A stretch of 63,416 bases of DNA, filler included, from Reclinomonas americana ATCC 50394 (GCA_048213135.1; 11 parts of 4 records of this genome joined end to end with filler, not necessarily neighbours in it); one strand, 5' to 3'; shown: positions 1-11,691, numbered from the whole stretch's first letter. The notes: generated from the letters alone by a model not told the origin. Made by a program: numbers and translations.

Positions 1-231
1 CCCGAGGCCCTCATAGAGGGGGCACTGGCCGTCGCGCGCGCCATCGACGCCAACGCGCCGCTGTCGGTGCGCGCCGTCAAGCGGGCGATCCGGCAGGGGC
101 AGGACATGCCGCTCGCACAGGGGCTCTCCTACGAGCGCGCATTGTTCAACCTGCTCCGGGACAGCGAGGATCGGCAAGAGGGGCGGCGCGCCTTCCGGGA
201 GAAACGCAAGCCATCTTATCAGGGACGTTGA
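1..231 (+). CDS. Enoyl-CoA hydratase/isomerase family, 3' end (5'-partial)
   Basis: Frame 1 reads ...IDANAPLSVRAVKRAIRQG...SEDRQEGRRAFREKRKPSYQGR*, the typical crotonase C-terminus; TGA at 229-231. Confidence 0.85.
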   Translation, partial: PEALIEGALAVARAIDANAPLSVRAVKRAIRQGQDMPLAQGLSYERALFNLLRDSEDRQEGRRAFREKRKPSYQGR

Positions 232-243
232 GGCAGAACGACG

Positions 244-1386
244 ATGTTGCTTTCCGACAAAACGGCGATCGCGGGCGTCGGTGCCACCGCGCAAGGCAAG
301 CTCGAAGGCCGCACGGCCCTGGATCTGGGGATCGAGGCGTTCAAGCGGGCGTTGGATGATGCAGGGCTGCGCAAGGAGGAGGTCGACGGCCTGCTGACCA
401 TGCCGGGAACGACCTCGCCGGAAGGCAGCCTGCACTATCTGCGCTTCGGCGAGGCCGTCGGCCTCAACCCCCGCTACACCGGCAGCCTGACCATGGGCGG
501 CGGAACCGCGGGTGCTCTCGTGCAGATGGCGGCGATGGCCGTCTCGTCGGGGCTCGCCTCGGTGGTCGCCTGCGTCTTTGGCGATACGGCCAAGACCGGG
601 GGTGTGAAGTTCGACCGCGCGAGCGGAGGCGAGGTGCCCTGGTCGCATTGGGGCATGATGGGCGCCGCCGCCAACAGCGCGGTCGCCGCCGACCGCCATA
701 TGCATGTCTACGGGACTAGGAGCACGCAACTGGCCGAGGTCGCCGTCGCCTGCCGTTACCACGCCTCTCTGAACCCCGACGCGGTCATGCGCGAGCCGAT
801 CACGATCGAGGAGCATCAATCCTCGCGCTGGATCGTCCGGCCGCTGCGCCTCCTGGACTGCTGCCTGATCTCCGACGGCGGCGTATGCATCATCGTGACC
901 TCGGCCGAGCGCGCGCGGGACATGCGGCAGCCGCCGGCGCTGATAGCGGGCATGGGGCAAGCCTATACCGCGCAAACGCTCGAGGCGAAGGACTGGTGGT
1001 ACGTTCCGCACCAGCGCAATGCCCTGGCCGACGCCTTCAGGATGGCGGGATGCACGACCGCCGACATCGACGTCGCGCAGCTCTACGACAACTTCACCAT
1101 CTCGGTCATCCTGTGGCTGGAGCATGCCGGCTTCTGCAAGGAAGGCGAAGGCGGAGCCTTCGTGGAAGGCGGGCGCATCCGGCTCGGCGGCGAGCTGCCG
1201 GTGAATACCGCAGGCGGAAATCTGTCGGAAAGCTACATGGAAGGCTGGCTGCACATCGTCGAAGGCGTCCGGCAGGTGCGCGGACAATGCGGGCCGCGCC
1301 AGGTGCCGCAGGCCGCACATTGCCTGGTCACCGGCCGCGGCATGGCGCTGAACTGCGCGAACGCCATGATCCTTCGCAAGCCCTGA
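244..1386 (+). CDS. Thiolase-fold protein, SCP-x/Ltp2 type (probable retro-aldolase)
   Basis: TAIAGVG start, LDCCLISDGG, AQLYDNF and NTAGGNLSESY motifs; followed by a DUF35 gene. Confidence 0.85.
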   Translation: MLLSDKTAIAGVGATAQGKLEGRTALDLGIEAFKRALDDAGLRKEEVDGLLTMPGTTSPEGSLHYLRFGEAVGLNPRYTGSLTMGGGTAGALVQMAAMAVSSGLASVVACVFGDTAKTGGVKFDRASGGEVPWSHWGMMGAAANSAVAADRHMHVYGTRSTQLAEVAVACRYHASLNPDAVMREPITIEEHQSSRWIVRPLRLLDCCLISDGGVCIIVTSAERARDMRQPPALIAGMGQAYTAQTLEAKDWWYVPHQRNALADAFRMAGCTTADIDVAQLYDNFTISVILWLEHAGFCKEGEGGAFVEGGRIRLGGELPVNTAGGNLSESYMEGWLHIVEGVRQVRGQCGPRQVPQAAHCLVTGRGMALNCANAMILRKP

Positions 1387-1404
1387 ACCGGAGGTAACGG
1401 TATC

Positions 1405-1851
1405 ATGAGTGACGCCAATCCGAGCGCCAAGGCCCCCCCGGCCAAATCCTTGCCCGCTCTCTCCTCGCTCAACCGCCCATTCTGGGAGGGCGCCGCACGC
1501 GGCCGCCTGATGCTGCAGAAGTGCGGCGCCTGCGGCCATGTCCGCTTCCCGCTCGGCCCCGTCTGCACGCATTGTCTCTCACCGGAGACGGAATGGGCAG
1601 AGATGTCGGGTCGTGGAACGGTCCTTTCGCATCTCGTCTTTCACCAAGTCTACAGCGCGGCCTGGCGAAACGACGTGCCCTACAGCGTCGTGATGGTCGA
1701 GCTGGACGAAGGGGCGCGCCTGTTCTCGAACATCGTCACCCACGACGGCTCGGACATCGAGAGCGATCTCGTCGGAAGCCGTGTCGAGGCGGTGTTCGAC
1801 ACCCTGTCCAATGAGATCGGGCTGCTGAAGTTCAAGCCTGCCGCGACGTGA
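1405..1851 (+). CDS. DUF35 Zn-ribbon/OB-fold acyl-CoA-binding partner
   Basis: PFWEGAARGRLMLQKCGACG...CTHC, SGRGTV, VELDEG; directly downstream of the thiolase-fold gene. Confidence 0.9.
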   Translation: MSDANPSAKAPPAKSLPALSSLNRPFWEGAARGRLMLQKCGACGHVRFPLGPVCTHCLSPETEWAEMSGRGTVLSHLVFHQVYSAAWRNDVPYSVVMVELDEGARLFSNIVTHDGSDIESDLVGSRVEAVFDTLSNEIGLLKFKPAAT

Positions 1852-1900
1852 CGGTCCCCGCCATACCGCCATAGCAACCATCCCGAACCAGGAGCGGTCC

Positions 1901-2982
1901 TTGGCCTCGAAGCTGTTTTCTCCGTTCACGATGCGCGAGCTCAAGCTCGCCAACCGGATCGTCGTCTCGCCGATGGGGCAATATTCGGCTGACGAGGGCA
2001 GCGCCACCGAGTGGCACCTGATGCATCTCGGCCACCTCTCCGTCTCCGGCGCCGGGCTGCTCATCACCGAGGCCACCGCGGTCAACGAGCCGGGCCGGCT
2101 CAGCAAAACCGATCTCGGCCTCTGGTCCGACGCGAACGAGAAGGCGCTCAGCGAGGTCGCCGGCTTCTGCCGGCGGCATGGTGGCGCCAAGCTCGGCATC
2201 CAGCTCTATCACGGCGGGCGCAAGAGCTCGATCTCGACGGCCTGGCAAGGCCAGAGGGCGATTCCGGTCGACCATGGCGGCTGGGCGCCGCACAGCCCCT
2301 CCGAGATCCCCTATCCGGGCCGCAACACGCCGCACCCGCTAGACGCGGAGGGAATCGCTGAGACCATCCGGGATTTCGCGGAGGCGGCCAAGCGGGCGGA
2401 CCGGATCGGCTTCGACCTGATCGAAATCCACGGCGCACACGGCTATCTGATCCATAATTTCCTGTCCCCGCTCAGCAACAAGCGCAGCGACCGCTATGGC
2501 GGCTCGCGTGAAGGCAGAATGCGCTTCGCGATCGAGATCTACGAGGCGATCCGGAAGGTGTGGCCGCAGCACAAGCCGATCGGCATGCGCATCTCGTCGA
2601 CCGATTGGGCCGAGGGCGGCTGGTCCCTCGACGACAGCGTGGTGCTCGCCCGCGAACTCAAGGAGCGCGGCTGCGACTACATCACCGCATCGAGCGGCGG
2701 GTGTGTACCCGAACAGGCACTCGCGGTGCGGCCGGGCTATCAGGTGCCGTTCGCCGAACGCATCCGGCAGGAGGCGGAGATCGCGACCATGGCCGTCGGC
2801 CTCATCACCGAGGCACGCCAGGCTGAGGATATCGTCGCATCGGGGCAGGCCGACATGGTGGCGCTGGGACGCGGCATGCTGTTCAACCCGCGCTGGCCGT
2901 GGCACGCGGCGATGGAGCTCGGCGAGCAGGTCTTTTACCCCCCGCAATACGAGCGATCGCACCCGCAGATGCGTGCGGGGGA
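1901..2982 (+). CDS. NADH:flavin oxidoreductase (old yellow enzyme, YqjM-like); 3' end in gap
   Basis: NRIVVSPMGQYS, EIHGAHGYLIHNFLSPLSNKRSDRYGGS, YQVPFAERIR; TTG start after GGAG. Confidence 0.9.
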
Positions 2983-3002
2983 NNNNNNNNNNNNNNNNNN
3001 NN

Positions 3003-3954
3003 GCCGAACCATCCCACGATGCGCGATGTTCGAATCAGTCTCGAACTGCGCGACCGTGACGATCGGGCCGGAGGCAATCTCCCCGGCGCTGAGTTCGGCG
3101 ATGCAGGCCTCGACCGAGCGCCGCATCGTCCATGCATTGACGATGGCGTCGACCTCATCGACCCGGACGATGCGGTCGGCGAGCCTTGTGAGGTTTCCCT
3201 CTCGCCCCAACTCCGGCACGCCCATGATATCGCACAGCCGGACCCAGTGCTGATCCTTCGCCGAGCACATCAGCAGCCAGCCATCCGCCGCCTGGAAGGC
3301 GTTCCACGGCGCTGCCATCGGATGACGGTTGCCCGCCCGCGTGGTTTCCTTGCCGCCGTAGTGCAACGGCAGAAAGGTCGCCAGCGAATTGACGCCGCAT
3401 TCATAGATGCTGACATCGACACGCTGGGCGACGCCGTCCCGCCGGCGCACGCGCAGCGCGGCGAGGACGCCGGAGGCCGCATAGATCCCGGCATGGAACT
3501 CGAGAACGGCCACATCGCTTAGCGTCGGCGGAGCATCGGAGGGGCCGGTAATGTCGGCGACACCCGAGACGGCCTGCATGAGCTTCTCAGGCCAGCCTGT
3601 CATATCGGCGGATGCATCTCGGCCGAAGGCCGTGATGTCGCAGACGATCTGGTCGCCTCCGAGCATATCAGAGACAGCGGAGCCGACGGGGCTCACAAGA
3701 TCCGAGGACAGCAACACGATGTCCGCAGCTGCGACGGCCTGGCGTAGAAGATCGCTGTCGCCGTCCCAGAGCAGACTGCGTTTGCCGGCGAGCAGCGTGG
3801 CGCGGCTCGCCCATTTGTCCCGGAGAGGAGCCGCCTCCGGCTCGACCACGATCACGGTCGCCCCGGCTTGCGCCAGCAGGAGGCCACACGCGGCTGTCGC
3901 ACGTCTGTCTCCGATTTCCAGAACGACCATATCGGTTAGCGCAGCGTCCGTCAT
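3003..3954 (-). CDS. Class III CoA-transferase (CaiB/BaiF family); 3' end lost in gap
   Basis: LLAQAGATVIVVEP, GKRS, ITAFG, GNRHPMAAPWNAFQAADGW. Confidence 0.85.
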
Positions 3955-4055
3955 CGTTCCCTCTAAAAAACATTGACTCCGCCTAGCGGAACCGGTTCCA
4001 ATATTGACGGCCATCCGTCAATGGCACAAGAAAAAAGCGCAGGGAGAGAGACATC

Positions 4056-5077
4056 ATGGAGAAACCATCGGATCGATTGGGCAAAATGGCGGTAAGCGAC
4101 CGTCGTAGCGTCATAGGCGGCCTCCTTGGCAGCGCCGTCGCGACGACCTTGCTTACGGACAGCGCTGCCCGTGCGCAGCAGCAATGGCCTTCGACGACGC
4201 TGAAGCTCGTGGTGCCGTATACGCCCGGCGGCGCGGCGGATACCCTCGCCAGGATGGCGCAGGACGGCGTCGGCAACAGCCTCGGGCATCCCATCATCGT
4301 GGAGAACAAGCCGGGTGGCTCCGGAATTCCCGGCACGGATGCGGTCATCCGGTCGGCGGACGGACACACCTTCGGGCTCATCGTCTCCGTTCACGCATCG
4401 AGCGTCGCGCTCAAGATGGCGGTGCCCTACGATCCCATCGCAGATATCGCCCCATTGACGATGCTCGGCCGGGTGCCGCTGGTGCTGGTCGTCCACCCAT
4501 CGGTGAAGGCGACGACCGTTCCCGAGTTGTTCCAGGAAGTCAAAGCGAGCGGGAAGAAGACCTTGCGGCGACCTCCGGCGCCGGCACGGCCGGCCATTTC
4601 GCCGTCGAGCTTTTGAATCTCGAAGCCGGCATCAAGATCGAGCCCGTTCACTACAAGGGCGCCGCACCGGCCGTGCAGGATCTCATCGGCGGCCAAGTGC
4701 AGATGCAGTTCGCCACGATCAGCTCGGTGTGGCCGCATGTCGAAGCCGGAAAGCTGCGCGCGCTAGCCGTTTCGACGGCCAATCGCACGACGCTGCGCCC
4801 CGAAATTCCCACCGTGAAGGAACAGACGAAGATCGACGGCTTCGACTTCGCCGAATGGTATGGGCTGATCGCGCCTCCAAAGATGGCAGCCGACCATATC
4901 GGGAAACTGCGCGCTGCCCTAGTGAAGGCCATAGACTCGAAGACCTTCCAAGACAAGGCTCGCCTGCTCGGGATCGAGGCGAAAAGCTCGAGCTCAGACG
5001 AAATGCGTCAAATCATCAAGGATGACATCGAGCGCCTAACGGCTCTCGTGCAACGGGCCAATATCAAGCTCGAATGA
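4056..5077 (+). CDS. tctC: TctC/Bug tripartite tricarboxylate transporter substrate-binding protein, with a frameshift near 4563
   Basis: VVPYTPGGAADTLAR...ENKPGGSG in ORF 4056; ATSGAGTAGH...VHYKGAAPAVQDLIGG in ORF 4184; Tat-like RR signal. Confidence 0.85.
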
Positions 5078-5233
5078 CCGATCCCGGTAAATCCAACGTT
5101 ATCCCGGACGGCGTTTTTTGGGCCGACTCCATGCCGTCGTTGTCATTTTGCTCCTCTTGCCTGCGCGGCAAGAGGGGCTCCCTATCACTCTGGAACATTA
5201 CGAATTCCCCCGCTCCAGAAGGATTCGCCCGCC

Positions 5234-5694
5234 ATGCGCCAGATCGCGAACGACCCTGATTTTCAGTTCGGCCTCGGCATCGGGGCTCTAGCCCTCGTCG
5301 GCCTCCATGCCAGCACGAGCCTGCGCTTCGGCACCGCCATGCGCATGGGGCCGGGATTCGTTCCGAGCCTCATCTCATGCCTTCTGCTCGCGACCGCCGC
5401 GATTTTCGTGCTGCGCGCGGTCGTGCGGGGGGCTCGCCCCCTACAGGGCGCCTGGGGGATACGGCCGATTTTCTGGGTCCTGACGTCCGTCGCGTGGTTC
5501 GCATTGGCGCTGTTCCCGCTGGGGCTGGCGATCACCATCGCGGGGCTGGTGCTGATCGCTGCGGTTGCCGAGCGCTCGGCGCGCATCGTCGAAATATTGC
5601 CGCTCGCGTTCGGCCTGTCAGCCGTCCTGAGCGGCATTTTCGTTTTCGCGCTGGGCCTTCCGATCCCCCTCGCTCCCGTCGGATGCTCCGCTGA
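5234..5694 (+). CDS. tctB: TctB small membrane subunit, apparent 1-nt deletion near 5680
   Basis: MGPGFVP motif and four hydrophobic segments; restoring one base gives ...MLR* with a TGATG overlap into tctA. Confidence 0.8.
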
Positions 5695-7196
5695 TGTACG
5701 AGTCGTTCTCGCTGTTCCTGACCGGTCTTTCCACCGCGCTGCTTCCCACCAATCTGATATGGTGCTTCATCGGCGCGCTCATCGGAACACTCGTTGGCGT
5801 ACTGCCCGGCCTCGGGCCCATCGCAACTGTCGCGATCCTTCTCCCCGTAACCTACCATCTTCCCCCGATCGCCGCGCTGATCATGCTCGCGGGCATCTAT
5901 TACGGCGCGCAATACGGCGGCTCTACCACGGCCATCCTCGTCAATATGCCCGGCGAAAGCTCCTCGGTCGTAACCTGCATCGACGGGCATCAGATGGCGC
6001 GGCGGGGCCGCGCGGGCCCTGCTCTGGCCGTGGCCGCACTTGCCTCCTTTTTCGCGGGCTGCGTCGCGACCATCGTCATCGCGCTCTTCGCGAAACCGCT
6101 GTCGGAAGTCGGGCTTCTGTTCGGCCCCGCCGAATATTTCTCCCTGATGACGCTGGGCCTGATCGCCGCCGTCATTCTGGCCCATGGGAGCCTGGACAAG
6201 GCGCTGGCCATGATCGTCGTGGGGCTGCTGCTCTCCTGTGTGGGCACGGACGTGGCCTCCGGCGTTCCCCGCATGACCTTCGGAATCCAGGCGCTGAACG
6301 ACGGCATCGGCTTCGTGCCGCTTGCAATGGGCCTGTTCGCCGTTGCCGAGGTGATCAAAAACCTCGTGAACCCGGAAGAACGGGCCCTGATACAGGACAA
6401 GGTCACGAATCTCTGGCCATCGCGGGAGGATTTCCGTCGGGCGACGCCTGCGACCGTGCGCGGCACCTCGCTCGGCCTCGTCCTCGGCATGCTTCCCGGC
6501 GGCGGCGCGATGCTGAGCTCGTTTGCGGCCTATGCCCTGGAAAAAAGAATCTCGAAACAGCCGCAGGAATTCGGACACGGCGCCGTCGAGGGAGTGGCTG
6601 CCCCGGAAGCCGCCAACAATGCCGGCGCGCAGACCTCCTTCATCCCGCTGCTGACGCTCGGAATCCCGTCGAATGCCGTCATCGCCTTGATGGCCGGTGC
6701 GATGATGATCCAGGGCATCCAGCCCGGCCCCCAGGTGATGCGGAGCAATCCCGAGCTCTTCTGGGGCCTGATTGCGAGTATGCTGGTCGGCAACGCTCTC
6801 CTTATCGTGATAAACCTCCCCTTAATTGGAGTCTGGGTCAGCATCCTGAAGGTTCCCTACCGTCTGTTTTATCCGTTCCTTCTCGCCGTCTCCTGCATTG
6901 GCGTCTACAGCGTCAGCAACACTGAGTTCGACATCCTCATAATGTTGATCTTCGGCTTTGCCGGTTATGCGATAATGCGTTGGGGATGCGAACCGGCCCC
7001 GCTCGTGATGGCTTTCGTGCTCGGTCCGCTCATGGAAGAAAACCTGCGGCGCGCCATGCTACTTTCGGAAGGATCCCCTTCCGTCTTCTTTACGCGTCCG
7101 ATCAGCCTCTCGTTGCTGATCGCGGCCGGGCTCCTTCTCCTCCTCGTTCTGCTCCCCAAGCTGCGGACGGCACGCGAGACCGTCTTCGTGGAATAA
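5694..7196 (+). CDS. tctA: TctA large permease
   Basis: GVLPGLG, IYYGAQYGGSTTAILVNMPGE, PEAANNA, LTLGIP motifs. Confidence 0.95.
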   Translation: MYESFSLFLTGLSTALLPTNLIWCFIGALIGTLVGVLPGLGPIATVAILLPVTYHLPPIAALIMLAGIYYGAQYGGSTTAILVNMPGESSSVVTCIDGHQMARRGRAGPALAVAALASFFAGCVATIVIALFAKPLSEVGLLFGPAEYFSLMTLGLIAAVILAHGSLDKALAMIVVGLLLSCVGTDVASGVPRMTFGIQALNDGIGFVPLAMGLFAVAEVIKNLVNPEERALIQDKVTNLWPSREDFRRATPATVRGTSLGLVLGMLPGGGAMLSSFAAYALEKRISKQPQEFGHGAVEGVAAPEAANNAGAQTSFIPLLTLGIPSNAVIALMAGAMMIQGIQPGPQVMRSNPELFWGLIASMLVGNALLIVINLPLIGVWVSILKVPYRLFYPFLLAVSCIGVYSVSNTEFDILIMLIFGFAGYAIMRWGCEPAPLVMAFVLGPLMEENLRRAMLLSEGSPSVFFTRPISLSLLIAAGLLLLLVLLPKLRTARETVFVE

Positions 7197-7318
7197 CGGG
7201 AATGTCTGCTGCAGTAACAATCTTGCGAGACCGCCGCTGCGGTAGCGGCATCGGACAGCGTTAGTCCGGACTCAAAAGCTTATCAGGCGCGTAAATATGC
7301 CGAGTGAGGTATAGATCG

Positions 7319-7510
7319 ATGAAGATCCTTGTGCCCGTGAAGCGGGTGGTCGACTACAACGTGAAGATCCGCGTCAAGGCGGACGGGTCCGGCGTCGAGC
7401 TGGCGAACGTCAAGATGTCGATGAACCCGTTCGACGAGATCGCGGTGGAAGAGGCGCTGCGGCTCAAGGAAGCCGGCAAGGCGACCGAGGTCGTCGTGGT
7501 CTCGATCGGC
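7319..7510 (+). CDS. etfB: Electron transfer flavoprotein beta subunit (5' part; rest in gap)
   Basis: [51 protein letters not shown]. Confidence 0.95.
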
Positions 7511-8175
7511 NNNNNNNNNNNNNNNNNNNNNNNNNNNNNNNNNNNNNNNNNNNNNNNNNNNNNNNNNNNNNNNNNNNNNNNNNNNNNNNNNNNNNNNNNN
7601 NNNNNNNNNNNNNNNNNNNNNNNNNNNNNNNNNNNNNNNNNNNNNNNNNNNNNNNNNNNNNNNNNNNNNNNNNNNNNNNNNNNNNNNNNNNNNNNNNNNN
7701 NNNNNNNNNNNNNNNNNNNNNNNNNNNNNNNNNNNNNNNNNNNNNNNNNNNNNNNNNNNNNNNNNNNNNNNNNNNNNNNNNNNNNNNNNNNNNNNNNNNN
7801 NNNNNNNNNNNNNNNNNNNNNNNNNNNNNNNNNNNNNNNNNNNNNNNNNNNNNNNNNNNNNNNNNNNNNNNNNNNNNNNNNNNNNNNNNNNNNNNNNNNN
7901 NNNNNNNNNNNNNNNNNNNNNNNNNNNNNNNNNNNNNNNNNNNNNNNNNNNNNNNNNNNNNNNNNNNNNNNNNNNNNNNNNNNNNNNNNNNNNNNNNNNN
8001 NNNNNNNNNNNNNNNNNNNNNNNNNNNNNNNNNNNNNNNNNNNNNNNNNNNNNNNNNNNNNNNNNNNNNNNNNNNNNNNNNNNNNNNNNNNCGAATTACG
8101 TCGTGTTGAGCGGCTTTCTGCCGAAAGCCGGTGACTCACATGGCAATTGTGGAACTTCGCCCCCGATGAGCCTGC

Positions 8176-9364
8176 TCAAATTTGGTCGATGCCCGGCAGA
8201 TCCGCGATCGGTACATAGACGGCGCCGTCCATGATGCGGCGGGCCGTACGGACGAAGCCAAGTGCTTCGAACCGAACACCTTCGAGCCCGTTTGAAGGTC
8301 GCGTCCGAACGGTGATGTGCATGGAACCGGATGGGTGGCCAATCCTGAGCGTCTCCGAACCCGCATCCCGCGAACCCAATGCTTCGTTGGCGATTGTATC
8401 GGGAATCTGGGTCGCCGCAGCAATGCACATGGAGCCTGTACCGGCCATTGCCTCATGGCAATGATTCATGAAGATCATCCGGACCCTGATGTCTACATCC
8501 GCTGCAACGATGGTCTTGCCGTCGCTGCCAACGTAATCGGTCGGAGCCGCGACGATCATCACGAACGGCAGCAGAGGACTATCGTCGTCAATCTTGCGCC
8601 AATCCCGAGTATAGCCCATGAGAACGCCCGCCTTCCCCCGGATCTCGCGCAACAGAGCGATCAGCTTTGCATCACCGTCGATAGCTGCCGGAAGTTCGCT
8701 GCCGCTCATGCCAATGTCGCCGGCGCGCACGAAGATCGCGGGATTGGCGACATCGCAGATCGTGCCTTCCAGCAAGCGACCGTCCTCCAGGACGATTGTG
8801 TCGACCCGGTTGCCAGTCGGCAGGATCGAGCCGCTCTTAGCCCCAGTCGTTTCGAGATAGTCCAGAAAGACCGCCGAGCCGGTACCGTTGACGCCGGGAA
8901 TGGCCGTATCTCCCGCAACCCTTGCCTTTCCGTTTCGCAATGCCACACGCGAAAGGAGAATTTTTCCAGTATTAGTATTGTGAATGCGAATCGTCGCAAC
9001 CTCACCCTCGGCTTTTACCAGGCCTTCTTCGATCGCGTACGGCGCCACCGCAGCAGATATATTTCCGCAATTCCCCTTATAATCGACAACACTACGATTT
9101 ATCTCGACCTGTACAAAGGTGTAGTCGACGTCGGCTTCTGGAATGCTCGGCGCGCCGATGATTGCGATCTTCGACGTCAATAGGTTACTTCCGCCGAGGC
9201 CATCGATCTGCATGGGATGGGGTGTTCCCATCATCCTTTTGAGAAAGGCGTCTCTCAAAGGACCGGGTGCAGGAATGTCGGTTTCACGGAAAAATACCTT
9301 TGCTGGTGCCTCCGCGCATGATGGTGCATGGAACGGCGATTTGTTCATCTTTGACGTCGAGCAT
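8176..9364 (-). CDS. PrpF-family isomerase/tautomerase, with a frameshift at the A5 run 9290-9294
   Basis: The upstream frame gives MLDVKDEQIAVPCTIMRGGTSKG; the main frame has QIDGLGG, TSK, GNCGNISAAV, GHPSG, RTARRIMDG. Confidence 0.88.
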
Positions 9365-9702
9365 TGCTACGACCCTTGATCCGCGATCTGCCTGTCAAGA
9401 AAAAGTGAACTGCGAGCTTCACCGACGAGTTTTATTCTTGCCGATCGAGGCGTCTGCGAGCCGGGCTTTCCCGCTCGCTGCGCCGAACGCACAATGCTCG
9501 CATAGCCACTCTCCCACACTCCGCCGCCGCCCCTTTCAGAGGGCTTCGCATTCGAAAACCGAATTCCGCAGTGAGCGATTGGAAACTCATCCGCGCAAGT
9601 TATATAATGAAACTTGGTCCGTCTAGTGAGACGGGCCGCCGAATCCGTTATAACGGCATTCACAGATCAAGGCAGGCAACAAGCGAACCCGCGAAAGAAG
9701 CA

Positions 9703-11691
9703 ATGGCGAAACGAGCAGCTGTTCATATCGAGCGAAGGCACGGCATCGCCTTCCTCATCATCGACAATCCGCCTGTGAACGCCCTTTCGCTCGACCTGCG
9801 CCGAGCCCTGATCGAAAGCATGTCGGCCCTGTCGTTCGATGCTGCCATGAAGGCGATCGTCCTGGTTGGCGGCAACGGAACCTTCGTCTCGGGATCTGAC
9901 CTGCGGGAGTTCGACAGGCCGCCAGCCGAGCCGACCTTGCCCGACGTGATAGCATCGATTGAGGACTGTCCGAAGCCGGTGATCGCCGCGATCGACGGGG
10001 CTGCGCTGGGCGGAGGCTACGAACTCGCACTCGCTTGTGACTTCCGCATCGCCGTGGCCGAAGCTGTGATCGGCCTGCCCGAGGGAATGTTCGGGATCAT
10101 CCCCGGTGCAGGCGGCACGGTGCGCGCGGCGCGCCTGACGGACGCGGCCACCGTGCTTGAGATCGTTTCGTCATGTCGGCGCGTCAAGGCGCCGGAGGCG
10201 CAGCAGCTTGGCCTGATCGACCAAATTGTCGGCAATCTCCGTTCGGAAACGGAGAACTTTGCCAAAGCGCTGGGCCCTTGCAAGCGCAGGCTGAGGGATA
10301 TGCCGGCCAAATTCGTCGATCCCGCCGCCTTCGAACAAGCAGCGGAAGGAGCGCTAAGACGCGGCCGTGGCCGGCCTCATGCGCATGAGCAGGTAGCCGC
10401 GCTGAAACGCGCCCTCAGCCGGCCGTTCGACGAAGTGCTGGACGAGGACCGGGCTGTTTTCCAGCGCCTGCGGCAATCGGACGAGTCGGCGGCGCTCCGC
10501 CACCTGTTCTTTGCCGAGCGCGCGGCTGCTCGCATCGAGGGGCTCGCAGGGGTGAAGCCGCGGCCCATCGCAAGCATCGGCATCGTCGGTGCCGGCACCA
10601 TGGGTGCCAGCATCGCAGCCGCCTTCCTAGCCGCTGGCATGCCGATAACGCTGGCGGATTTCAAACCCGGAGCGCTGGACGCAGCGCGAGTGCGGATAGA
10701 CTGCTTTCTCGCCAGAGCGGCTAAGCCGGCTGCGCTCGCCACGACGACCGAGCTCGCCGATCTCGCCGGCTGTGATCTCGTGCTCGAGGCGGTCTTCGAG
10801 GATATGGACGTCAAGCGGGATCTGCTGCGCAGGCTCGACCAGTTGTTGCCTGCGGAGACGATCATCGCCTCCAATACCTCCTATCTCGATCTCGACGTCA
10901 TCGCCGCGGTCATGTCGCGGCCGGACCGCGTCGTGGGCCTTCATTTCTTTGCGCCGGCCCATGTCATGAAGCTGCTGGAGGTCGTCCGCGGAGCGAACAC
11001 AGCGCCGGAAGTGCTGGCGACGGCTCTGAAGCTCGGCCGCATGCTCGGCAAGGTCGCCGTCGGTTCCCGCGTCGGCGAGGGCTTCATCGGTAACCGCATC
11101 TATAGCGCCTACCGGAGCCAGTGCGAAACGATGCTGCTGGACGGAGCCCTGCCCGAGGAGATCGACGCCGCGATCGAAGCGCTTGGTTTCGCCATGGGTC
11201 CTTTCTCGGTCTCCGATCTATCCGGGCTCGACATCGCTTGGGCCCATCGAAACCGCAAGCAGGCCGAAACTGGCGACAGGAGCGATCTGCCCGTACTCGA
11301 ATGGCTGGTCGAGGCCGGCCGCCTCGGCCGCAAGTCTGGCTCCGGCTGGTATCGCTACGAGAACGGCCAAAAGCTCGTCGATCCGGCCTTGGCCATCCTC
11401 ATCGGGAAGGCGCGTGCCGAGCGGCAGGTGACGGCACGTTCGTTGTCTCGCAAGGAAATTCAGGATCGGGCCATGGCCGCGATCGTCAACGAGGCGCTTC
11501 TCGTCCTAGAGGATGGCATCGCGGCACGCGCCTCCGACGTCGATCTCGTGCTCGTCCTCGGCTACGGCTTTCCCCGGCATTTGGGCGGGCCTCTACGCTG
11601 GGCCCGCATGCACACTCGCGCCGAGCTGGAAGCGAATCTCGACCGGGTCGCAGGCGGGCGAAGACGCGGCGACCTGACTCGCCTCGACTGA
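9703..11691 (+). CDS. Bifunctional enoyl-CoA hydratase/3-hydroxyacyl-CoA dehydrogenase (FadB/PimF-like)
   Basis: DNPPVNALS, ALGGGYELAL, GAGTMG, EAVFED, SNTS, GLHFFAPAHVMKLLE, GFIGNR. Confidence 0.93.
   Translation: MAKRAAVHIERRHGIAFLIIDNPPVNALSLDLRRALIESMSALSFDAAMKAIVLVGGNGTFVSGSDLREFDRPPAEPTLPDVIASIEDCPKPVIAAIDGAALGGGYELALACDFRIAVAEAVIGLPEGMFGIIPGAGGTVRAARLTDAATVLEIVSSCRRVKAPEAQQLGLIDQIVGNLRSETENFAKALGPCKRRLRDMPAKFVDPAAFEQAAEGALRRGRGRPHAHEQVAALKRALSRPFDEVLDEDRAVFQRLRQSDESAALRHLFFAERAAARIEGLAGVKPRPIASIGIVGAGTMGASIAAAFLAAGMPITLADFKPGALDAARVRIDCFLARAAKPAALATTTELADLAGCDLVLEAVFEDMDVKRDLLRRLDQLLPAETIIASNTSYLDLDVIAAVMSRPDRVVGLHFFAPAHVMKLLEVVRGANTAPEVLATALKLGRMLGKVAVGSRVGEGFIGNRIYSAYRSQCETMLLDGALPEEIDAAIEALGFAMGPFSVSDLSGLDIAWAHRNRKQAETGDRSDLPVLEWLVEAGRLGRKSGSGWYRYENGQKLVDPALAILIGKARAERQVTARSLSRKEIQDRAMAAIVNEALLVLEDGIAARASDVDLVLVLGYGFPRHLGGPLRWARMHTRAELEANLDRVAGGRRRGDLTRLD

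Noticed and set aside
5234..6925. 563-aa TctB read-through ORF
   Set aside because: The tail is an off-frame shadow of tctA caused by a probable 1-nt deletion near 5680.
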